Positions 17,031-23,572 of a stretch of 23,572 nucleotides of DNA are shown one piece after another. The DNA lies in the NCBI GenBank assembly GCA_033581555.1, contig JAVQSZ010000003.1, forward strand, positions 179,383 through 202,954. Direction: 5' to 3'. The position numbers and the translations under genes are program-made. Source of the stretch: Nitrososphaerota archaeon (lineage in GTDB: Archaea > Thermoproteota > Nitrososphaeria_A > Caldarchaeales > Calditenuaceae). The stretch's first letter is position 1, and each line of letters opens with the position of its first letter. The notes below the pieces were generated by a model that was not told the DNA's origin, ran no database searches, and saw only the letters and a list, made by a program, of their open reading frames with translations.

Positions 17031-17910
17031 CCAGCGCGTTAAGCCGCATTAGGGTACTCACTAGGTCCTCGGCGCGCCTGAAGAGCGACCTGAGGCCCGT
17101 CCTCCGCCCCGCCTCCCGCAGCGACCTCGCCAAGTCAGCGAGCTGGTCGACGACGACCGAGTTCCTCAGCTCCACGACCAAGGCGCTCAGCTGCTCGAGC
17201 GCGTCGGCCAGATGGGCCATCGCGAGGGTCTCCTGCCTGCTGGCCGGGGCTAAGGCCTCCTCGACCTCCCTCACGAGGCGCGCGAGGTCGGATGCAATTT
17301 CGGTCAGTATCGACAAGGCGTAGAACGGGGTCTGCTCGTCGGGAATCGCGACCATTTGGGAGACCATCCTCTTCAGGATGGAGGCGTAGCCGGAGCAGTC
17401 CTTGAGCAGCTCCTCGAGCTCCGGGCTCGGGGTTCCGCCGGTGCTCATGTCGGACTCTGCCCTCCTGAGGGCCCTCACGAGGGACTGGAGCGCTACCGAG
17501 AGGGCCTGCTCGATCGACCTGAACGGATCCCCTGAGATCTCGACGACGATCGAGCCCTCCGACTCGAGGGCCACGAACATGCCCTGGAGCCGCTCCCTCA
17601 GCCTCCTCGACCTCACGACCAGTTCCTCTGCCCTGCCGCGCCTCGTCTGGACCCTCACCGAGGAGACGCCGGCCTCGTAGCACGCCACCATCGCGTCCTC
17701 CACCAGCTCGCCGAGCAGGTCCGCGTCCAGGGAGAGCTGGACCGAGGTCCTCCTGCCCGCCGGAACGACCCTCAGGAGCTCCCTCTCCGCGATCACGGTC
17801 ACCGCCGAGCCCTTCCTCAGCCCCGACTCCTCGACCCACTCCTTCGGGAGCGTGATCACATAGGAGCTGCCCCTGAGCTGCTGAATCCTCCTCTCGTGGA
17901 ACCTAGGCAA
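16963..17910 (-). CDS. AbrB/MazE-domain regulator of the archaeal PhoU-fusion type (degenerate C-terminal helical domains)
   Basis: N-terminal ERRIQQLRGSSYVITLPKEWV...GLRKGS.V, then ACYEAG...V and long helical bundles. Confidence 0.8.
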   Translation of the reverse strand: MPRFHERRIQQLRGSSYVITLPKEWVEESGLRKGSAVTVIAERELLRVVPAGRRTSVQLSLDADLLGELVEDAMVACYEAGVSSVRVQTRRGRAEELVVRSRRLRERLQGMFVALESEGSIVVEISGDPFRSIEQALSVALQSLVRALRRAESDMSTGGTPSPELEELLKDCSGYASILKRMVSQMVAIPDEQTPFYALSILTEIASDLARLVREVEEALAPASRQETLAMAHLADALEQLSALVVELRNSVVVDQLADLARSLREAGRRTGLRSLFRRAEDLVSTLMRLNALVMVASEGRADLGPRGPAWPSTT

Positions 17911-17996
17911 CCCTCGAATTAATATATCATCTATAAAAAATAGTTTCTTTAGGGCCAGTACAATTTTTAACTCGGAGATGTCCCTGATGGGCCGGG
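17911..17996. promoter_or_regulatory. AT-rich divergent promoter region (AbrB-PhoU / Lrp-domain gene)
   Basis: Minus-strand TTTTATAG (17931-17938) ~22 nt before TTG 17910; plus-strand TTTTTAAC (17964-17971) ~26 nt before TTG 17997; palindrome CTAT-AAAAA-ATAG at 17931-17943. Confidence 0.6.
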
Positions 17997-18287
17997 TTGG
18001 ACGAGAAGGACTCGATCGCCGCCTTCGTTCACATCTGCGCGGAGCCGAACCGCGTCGGCGAGATCGTCTCGAGCCTCTGCTCCTGCTCGAACGTGACGAG
18101 GGTCTTCAGCGTGACGGGCGAGTACGACGTGATCGCGATGGTGAGGGTTCGGGACATCAACGAGCTCCATAGGTTCCTCAGGATGCGCGTGATGAGCTTA
18201 GTCGGCGTGAAGGGCGTCGAGACGTCGATCGTGCTGGAAGAGAGAATGGCTGACGGTGAAGCCGCGAAACCTCCGACATCAAAATAA
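17997..18287 (+). CDS. Stand-alone Lrp/AsnC ligand-binding (RAM) domain protein
   Basis: AFVHI..EP, V..VFSVTGEYDVIAMV, I.EL..F, L.GV..VETSIVL; no HTH. Confidence 0.88.
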   Translation: MDEKDSIAAFVHICAEPNRVGEIVSSLCSCSNVTRVFSVTGEYDVIAMVRVRDINELHRFLRMRVMSLVGVKGVETSIVLEERMADGEAAKPPTSK

Positions 18288-18315
18288 CTAGGCCAAGAGG
18301 TCACTGAGGGGGTCC

Positions 18316-18429
18316 TCAGAGCTCCTCCTCTTCCCACTCCTCTTCCTCCCACTCCTCCTCGAAGTCCTCCTCCTCTTCCCACTCCTCCCATTCTTCTTCC
18401 TCTTCCGAGAAACGCCTCGTGATCAGCAC
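18316..18429 (-). CDS. Putative 37-aa poly-Glu/Trp acidic micropeptide (not in the ORF track)
   Basis: GTG 18429 to TGA 18316 gives MLITRRFSEEEEEWEEWEEEEDFEEEWEEEEWEEEEL. GAG/GAA variation falls at third codon positions, and a minus-strand TATA TTAATATA (18451-18458) lies ~23 nt upstream. Confidence 0.65.
   Translation of the reverse strand: MLITRRFSEEEEEWEEWEEEEDFEEEWEEEEWEEEEL
18322..18406. repeat. Low-complexity polypyrimidine (plus strand) tract of imperfect CTCCTCTTCCCA repeats
   Basis: Almost only C/T on the plus strand, with recurring ctcctcttcccactc units; encodes the Glu/Trp peptide on the minus strand. Confidence 0.8.
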
Positions 18430-18459
18430 ACCCGCTACCCACGGCCCCCGTATATTAAG

Positions 18460-18830
18460 TTGAACGGGCCGAGTCGTGGAGGGGCGTCCGGCGTAGACGG
18501 TCCGAGAAGGCCCACCGCAGCCGCGAGTCGGCCCCGATCCACATCGCTAGACCTACCGCTGAATGACCTCCGCAAAGGACGCATGACCGAGGAGGTGCCG
18601 GACCAGGCGTCTCACGCGGTGACCTGTGAACGCTGGGCCCGGACCGTCTTAGCGGGAATCGGCAGCGCACGGCTACGCACGCCTGTACCACTGACGGGGA
18701 CGTCGGCAGGGACACAGGATAACGAATGGCCCAGTAACGGGGCGCCCGTCGCCTCACGGCAACACGCGCCGAGAGAGCAGAGCGCTCGCCACCTGCCTGC
18801 GAAGCCATCAGCCAGTAGACAGTCGTCATG
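18460..18830 (-). ncRNA. Candidate structured non-coding RNA (unassigned; strand uncertain)
   Basis: No credible protein; nested stems 18495-18504/18640-18649 and 18509-18514/18634-18639; minus-strand TATA-like TTAATAA at 18855-18861. Confidence 0.3.
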
Positions 18831-18850
18831 AGGAAGATTCGAGATATGCA

Positions 18851-18917
18851 ATCTTTATTAACAGTCTATAAGATCGCAAAATCAAACTTAAATTTAAGAA
18901 GGTTAACAGACAAAGAT
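18851..18917 (+). promoter_or_regulatory. Promoter/operator region of the ABC transporter operon
   Basis: AT-rich; perfect 12-bp palindrome CTTAAATTTAAG (18887-18898) at the TATA position before ATG 18918; direct repeat TTAACAG at 18858 and 18903. Confidence 0.6.
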
Positions 18918-20291
18918 ATGGCTCGTGGTGAGGTCTCTAGGCGTGGATTCCTCTCGGCCCTAGCTGGTGGGGTCGCTGGGGTCGTCGTCGGCGCCGGGCT
19001 CGGTTGGTCTTTGAGGTCTCCTGAGGTCAGGGAGGTGGTCCGGACGGCCACCGTCACAGCGGCCGGCGGCGAGAGAACGATCACGGTGACGCGCCCAGGG
19101 CCGGAGACGACCGTGACCGTGACGAAGGAGGTCACGCCGGTCAGGAAGTTGCCGAAGGACACGGTGAGGATCGGCGTCCTCGGCATCAGGACGGGTCCGT
19201 GGGGGACTTATGGGACGTTCATCGAGCAGGGAGCACGGCTCGCGGCCGAGGAGATAAACGCAGCTGGGGGGATCCTCGGCAGCAAGATCGAGCTCTCGAT
19301 CCGAGACGAGGCGGCGGACGTCGTCAAGCAGGCCAGGGAGCTCGTGGAGGCCGAGAGGGTCGACTTCCTGGTGGGCGTTGACTCCAGCGGGAACGCTATG
19401 AGGGTGGGGCCGCTGATGCAGGAGCTGAACAAGATCTTGATCGTGACCCACGCAGCGACCCACAGGGTGACTGAGGAGCTCGTCTATAAGCAGAGGATCA
19501 AGCAGATCTTCCGGGTCTCCGTTCCGGTCTACCAGGACGGTATCCTAGCAGCATTCGTGGCCAAGGACCTCCCGGTGAAGAAGTGGGCGGGCATCAACCC
19601 GGACTACGAGTACGGCAGGGTATCTTGGGACTTCTTCAAGAGGACGCTCTCGGCGCTGAGGCCGGACGTCGAGTTCGTCGCTGAGCAGTTCAATAGGAGT
19701 CCCGGAACCACGGACTTCGGCCCGTTCATCTCTGCGGTGATCGCCGCGGGCGCGGAGGGCCTCTTCTCGGTGAACTGGGCCCTCGAGGCGGTGACGATGC
19801 ACAAGCAGCTTAAGGCGCTGGGAGCTTACGAGAAGCTAAGGGCGGTAATCAACCCGATGGGCTACTCGACCGACGTAGTCTACGAGCTCGGAGCTGACTA
19901 TCCGACGGCCCCGCTCGGGACCTGGGTCTCGGCCAGGTACGTTTGGTTCTACCCCGACATCGAGGTCAACAGGGCTTTCGTGAGGGCCTTCAGGGCCAAG
20001 TACGGGAAGTACCCGCCGTACTCCGCCGAGACCACCTACACCGCGATCTACCTCATCAAGTCGATCCTGGAGTCCGCCGGGACCTTCGACATCGACGCGC
20101 TGATCAAGCAAATCGAGGGGCGCGTTATAATCTCGCCAGCCGGCGTCAGGTGGGTGAGGCCTGAGGACCACCAAGCGATATATGACGTTCCGTACGGCAA
20201 GATCTCGCATACCGGAGGAGAGATCCCGGTCCTCACGAGCCTCGTCACGAGGTCGGCCTGGGAGTACTACAGGTCGCCTCCGTTCTCGTGA
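18918..20291 (+). CDS. Liv/HAAT-type ABC transporter substrate-binding protein with Tat signal and Thr/Val-rich linker
   Basis: MARGEVSRRGFLSALAGGVAGVVVGAGLGW (twin-Arg), T-x-T-V-T repeats, GARLAAEEINAAGGILG, NPDYEYG, DFGPFIS, RPEDHQA. Confidence 0.9.
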   Translation: MARGEVSRRGFLSALAGGVAGVVVGAGLGWSLRSPEVREVVRTATVTAAGGERTITVTRPGPETTVTVTKEVTPVRKLPKDTVRIGVLGIRTGPWGTYGTFIEQGARLAAEEINAAGGILGSKIELSIRDEAADVVKQARELVEAERVDFLVGVDSSGNAMRVGPLMQELNKILIVTHAATHRVTEELVYKQRIKQIFRVSVPVYQDGILAAFVAKDLPVKKWAGINPDYEYGRVSWDFFKRTLSALRPDVEFVAEQFNRSPGTTDFGPFISAVIAAGAEGLFSVNWALEAVTMHKQLKALGAYEKLRAVINPMGYSTDVVYELGADYPTAPLGTWVSARYVWFYPDIEVNRAFVRAFRAKYGKYPPYSAETTYTAIYLIKSILESAGTFDIDALIKQIEGRVIISPAGVRWVRPEDHQAIYDVPYGKISHTGGEIPVLTSLVTRSAWEYYRSPPFS

Positions 20292-20319
20292 CGCTACCTC
20301 ACCGGCAGAGCGGTGTCAA

Positions 20320-21180
20320 ATGATCGACGCCATCCTCTATCAGGCTTTCACGGGGCTCTTCAGGTCCTCGTATTACTGGCTGATCGCGTCCGGCCTGACC
20401 CTGATCTTCGGGGTGACGAGGGTCGTCAACTTCGCCCACGCGACCTTCTTCGTGCTCGGGGGGTACACGGCCCTTACTGTGCACTCCCTCACAGGGAACT
20501 TCGTCCTCTCAGTGCTAGGCTCAGCGGCGTTGGTGGCGCTGGTGGGCCTCGCGAGCGAAGTCGCCCTCCTGAGGCCCCTCTACAGGATAGAGAACCTGTA
20601 CCAGCTCCTGATGACATTCGCCCTGACCCTAATCATCAACGACGCGAGCAAGATCATCTGGGGTCCGGAGTCGAGGTCGCTTCCGCTCCCCAGGGAGCTC
20701 TCGGCGGCGGTTTACATCGGTCCGAGGCCCTTCCCGCTCTTCTACCTCGTGGTCATAGGGCTCGCCTTCGCGACGCTGGCCCTGCTTTACTACCTGATAG
20801 AGAGGACCTTCTGGGGGCTGAAGGTGAAGGCGACCTGGAGGGACCTCCACGTGGCCGAGGCCCTGAGAATCGACAGCAGGGGGATCTTCAGCAGGACGTT
20901 CATGCTGGGCAGCTTCCTTGCGGGGCTCGGCGGTGCCTTCATGGTGGCCTTTACGCCCGTGGCCCCGGGGCTAGGTGACTCCCTGATCATCGTGGCCTTC
21001 GTCATCGTCGTCATAGCGGGCCTGGGCAACCTCTTGGGGGCGTTCATCTCGTCGATGATCATCGGCGTCTCGGAGAGCCTCTTCATCATGTTCGTCCCCG
21101 AGGTCGATATCCTCCTGATCTTCGTGATCATGACCGTGGTGCTCCTGGTGAGACCATGGGGGATCTTCGGAGAGCGGTGA
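20320..21180 (+). CDS. livH: Branched-chain amino acid-type ABC transporter permease (LivH-like)
   Basis: LIASGLTLIFGVTRVVNFAH, F.LGSFLAGLGG, VVIAGLGN..GA, RPWGIFG. Confidence 0.9.
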   Translation: MIDAILYQAFTGLFRSSYYWLIASGLTLIFGVTRVVNFAHATFFVLGGYTALTVHSLTGNFVLSVLGSAALVALVGLASEVALLRPLYRIENLYQLLMTFALTLIINDASKIIWGPESRSLPLPRELSAAVYIGPRPFPLFYLVVIGLAFATLALLYYLIERTFWGLKVKATWRDLHVAEALRIDSRGIFSRTFMLGSFLAGLGGAFMVAFTPVAPGLGDSLIIVAFVIVVIAGLGNLLGAFISSMIIGVSESLFIMFVPEVDILLIFVIMTVVLLVRPWGIFGER

Positions 21181-22100
21181 GACGGGAGGCGGCCCTGATC
21201 GGCATGATAGTGGCAGCGGCCGCGGTCGGGCTGACGCGCGACGGCTTCCTGCTCTACTTGGCCTCGCTCTTCATGGTCTTCACGATTTTCGCAAGCGCGT
21301 ACAACGTGGTCTTCGGGTACCTCAAGCACGTCTCCTTCGGCCACTCGCTCTTCTTCGCGGCCGGCGCGTACGGCCTCGCCCTGACAACGACGAGGGTCGT
21401 GCCCGACATGTTCGTCGGGGTGGCGGCAGGCCTCGCGCTCGCAATCCTCTTGGCCCTCGCGGTCGGCGCCCTCACGTTGCGGCACACCAGCATCTACTTC
21501 GCGATGCTGACCCTCGCGTTCGCGATGCTCTTCTACTCGCTCCTGATCAAGTGGCGGGACGTGACCGGAGGGAGCGACGGGATATCGGGGATACCGAGGA
21601 CGTCCGCGTTCTTCAGCATGCCGACTGTCGAAAGCTTCTACCCCTTGCTCTTCTTGTTCTTCGCGTTCAGCGTGCTGCTCCTGAGGTGGATCGACAGGTC
21701 GAGGCTCGGGCTGCTCCTCAGGGCCCTCGGCGACAACGAGGACAGGTTCAAGTTCACCGGACTGGGCGTCTACAAGTACAAGCTCGCCGGGCTCGTGATC
21801 TCCGGGACCTTCAGCGGCCTGGCCGGGACCCTCTATGCCCTACTGATGAGGACCGTGACCCCCGACGTCGCGTATTGGACGATGGCTGCGGAGCCCTTGA
21901 TCATGACCCTCCTCGGAGGTTCGCAGTACTTCCTTGGGCCGCCGGTGGGCGCGGCCGTCTTCGTGACGGTGACCACGGTCACTGCGCGGGTCGCGGAGTT
22001 CTGGCAGCTCTTCATGGGGATCGTGCTGGTCGCGCTCCTCCTCGGAGCTAGGGGAGGGGTGCTGGGGCTGGTGGAAAGGCTATGGGGAAGGAGGTTCTGA
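21177..22100 (+). CDS. livM: Branched-chain amino acid-type ABC transporter permease (LivM-like)
   Basis: SYNVVFGY...VSFGHS.FF..GAY, YFAMLTLAF, TGGSDGI, LLGGS..F.GP.VGA. GTGA overlap with the livH stop. Confidence 0.9.
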   Translation: MRREAALIGMIVAAAAVGLTRDGFLLYLASLFMVFTIFASAYNVVFGYLKHVSFGHSLFFAAGAYGLALTTTRVVPDMFVGVAAGLALAILLALAVGALTLRHTSIYFAMLTLAFAMLFYSLLIKWRDVTGGSDGISGIPRTSAFFSMPTVESFYPLLFLFFAFSVLLLRWIDRSRLGLLLRALGDNEDRFKFTGLGVYKYKLAGLVISGTFSGLAGTLYALLMRTVTPDVAYWTMAAEPLIMTLLGGSQYFLGPPVGAAVFVTVTTVTARVAEFWQLFMGIVLVALLLGARGGVLGLVERLWGRRF

Positions 22101-22780
22101 GGACCGAGGGCCTTGTGAAGAGGTTCGGCGAGTTCGTCGCCGTCAACAAGGTCTCCCTCTCCTTCGAGGAGGGCGAGAGGACCGCGATCATAGGCCCGAA
22201 CGGTGCAGGGAAGACCACCTTCATCAACTTGGTCACGGGACAGCTCAGGGCCGACGAGGGCAGTGTCTTCCTCAACGGCCGTGACATCACCGGTCTGAGC
22301 CCGCACGAGAGGGTGAAGGAAGGGCTCAACAGGACCTTTCAGATCCCCAGCGTCTTCAAGTCCCTCACCGTCGAGCAGAACCTGTTGGTGGCGACCTCTA
22401 CCTCGGGAGCCGACGCTGACGAAGTGGGAGAGATCATCGAGGGGCTGGGACTCAGGCCCTACCTCACCACTAAGGCAGCGCTCCTCCCCTATGGGCTGAT
22501 GAAGGTCCTAGAGCTGGGGATTGCCCTCCTCTCAAGGCCCTCGGTCCTCTTCCTCGACGAGCCCACCGCAGGCCTCAACGTCGGCGAGAAGGAGAGGATA
22601 GTCTCCTTGCTCCAGTCCCTCCCGTCGAGGGTGACCCTAGTGGTGGTCGAGCACGACATGGACGTCGTCTTCACGCTCGCCCGCCGGATCGTGGTGATGC
22701 ACAGGGGTGAGGTCCTCGCGGACGGCGCGCCGCAGGCCATAGCCGCGGACCAGAGGGTGAAGGAGGTGTACTTGGGATGA
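22082..22780 (+). CDS. livG: ABC transporter ATP-binding protein (LivG-like)
   Basis: GPNGAGKTT, RTFQ, LPYG, FLDEPTAG, VEHDM, VKEVYLG. Confidence 0.93.
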   Translation: MGKEVLRTEGLVKRFGEFVAVNKVSLSFEEGERTAIIGPNGAGKTTFINLVTGQLRADEGSVFLNGRDITGLSPHERVKEGLNRTFQIPSVFKSLTVEQNLLVATSTSGADADEVGEIIEGLGLRPYLTTKAALLPYGLMKVLELGIALLSRPSVLFLDEPTAGLNVGEKERIVSLLQSLPSRVTLVVVEHDMDVVFTLARRIVVMHRGEVLADGAPQAIAADQRVKEVYLG

Positions 22781-23484
22781 GCGAGGTCCTATCGGTCCGC
22801 AACCTCGACGCCTTCTACGGGAAGGCCCAGGTCCTCTTCGACGTCAGCCTCGACGTGAGGAGGGGCGAGATAGTCTCCCTGATAGGGAGGAACGGGGTGG
22901 GGAAGACCACCCTGCTCAAGGCCGTCATGAACATAGGGGTCTCGAAGAGGGGCAAGGTGATCTTGAACGGGACCGACGTCTCGAGGCTGCCGACCCACGC
23001 GATAGCCTCGAGGGGCGTCGCGTACGTCCCCGACTACACCGGCCTGATACCCGGCGTGTCGGTGCTCGACAACTTCAGGCTCGCGGCAGGGAGGAAGCAG
23101 GTGGACCTGAGCCAGGCGGTCGAGATCTACCCTGAGGTGAGGGGGCTGCTCGACAGGCGGGCGGACTCCCTTAGCGGCGGCGAGAGGAAGATAGTCGCGC
23201 TCCTGAGGGCCCTCCTCATGAAGCCCTCGGTCCTGCTCGTCGACGAGCCCACTGAGGGCGTCAGCCCCATCGTGACCAACCGGATCTACAACATCATAAC
23301 GACGATGAAAGAGTCGGGGCTCTCGGTGCTCCTGGTGGAGCAGGGGACGCGGTACAAGCTCCTGACCAAGGTCTCGGACAGGGTCCTCGTTATGGTCGGA
23401 GGGAAGATAGTCTGGGAGTCGACGCCCGAGAGGTTCGACGCAGAGATCGAGCAGATCAGGAGGTTCCTGGCTGTTGGGGTCTAG
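22777..23484 (+). CDS. livF: ABC transporter ATP-binding protein (LivF-like)
   Basis: GRNGVGKTT, LSGGER, LLVDEPTEG, LLVEQ. ATGA overlap with livG. Confidence 0.93.
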   Translation: MSEVLSVRNLDAFYGKAQVLFDVSLDVRRGEIVSLIGRNGVGKTTLLKAVMNIGVSKRGKVILNGTDVSRLPTHAIASRGVAYVPDYTGLIPGVSVLDNFRLAAGRKQVDLSQAVEIYPEVRGLLDRRADSLSGGERKIVALLRALLMKPSVLLVDEPTEGVSPIVTNRIYNIITTMKESGLSVLLVEQGTRYKLLTKVSDRVLVMVGGKIVWESTPERFDAEIEQIRRFLAVGV

Positions 23485-23551
23485 GGCGCGGACGGCTCCC
23501 CGGAGAGCGGACCTGCGCTCACTTGATATTCACCGATGTGCGAGTCACGTG

Positions 23552-23572
23552 GGGCCCGTAGCTCAGCCAGGA
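23552..23572 (+). tRNA. 5' end of a tRNA, truncated by window end (D-loop suggests tRNA-Arg; anticodon not visible)
   Basis: GGGCCCG-TA-GCTC-AGCCAGGA = acceptor 5' strand, U8A9, D-stem and a D-loop with GG followed by A20. AT-rich TTGATATT lies ~22 nt upstream. Confidence 0.8.

Noticed and set aside
18322-18406. CRISPR array or VNTR
   Set aside because: No constant repeat/unique spacer structure; the pattern is explained by Glu/Trp codons.
18029-18442. 137-aa Gly/Arg-rich (RGG-like) minus-strand ORF
   Set aside because: Alternate frame of the poly-Glu tract that runs antisense through the Lrp gene; its start is too close to the TATA.
18460-18830. RNase P RNA or SRP RNA
   Set aside because: Neither the GAGGAAAGUCC/ACAGAA P4 motifs nor the SRP helix-8 CAGG-CCCGGAAGGGAGCA motif was found on either strand.
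18455-18831. Opposing 123/124-aa ORFs as proteins
   Set aside because: Pro/Arg/Ser-rich, no motif, and lacking the GAG/AGG/GTC/CTC codon bias of real genes here. The minus-strand ATG 18829 does sit at leaderless distance from a TATA, so it is not fully excluded.
18828-18917. 30-aa N-terminal extension of the substrate-binding protein
   Set aside because: It is AT-rich promoter DNA; the Tat motif begins right after ATG 18918.

Overview
GC-rich archaeal chromosomal segment. Archaeal markers include Gins51, Sm-like protein plus rpl37e, Taw2, AbrB-PhoU and TATA boxes about 25 nt before many starts. Gene content fits a TACK archaeon, possibly Aigarchaeota/Caldarchaeales-like (inference only). It is mostly housekeeping: Gins51 3' end, pdxS, dolichol/phytol-kinase-like protein, yjbQ, hisH, acnA, SIMPL protein divergent from a membrane-tethered wHTH regulator, Sm-rpl37e, argH, lysK, a stand-alone herA-nurA pair, a CBS/Zn-ribbon - Mut7-C - AMMECR1 - glycosyltransferase - taw2 run, AbrB-PhoU, a stand-alone Lrp ligand-binding domain, a Liv-type ABC transporter operon and the 5' end of a tRNA. 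The least explained part is 18.3-18.9 kb: an unannotated 37-aa Glu/Trp peptide gene with its own TATA box, next to a ~370-nt region with a minus-strand promoter and nested long-range stems. No CRISPR array, IS element or rRNA was seen.
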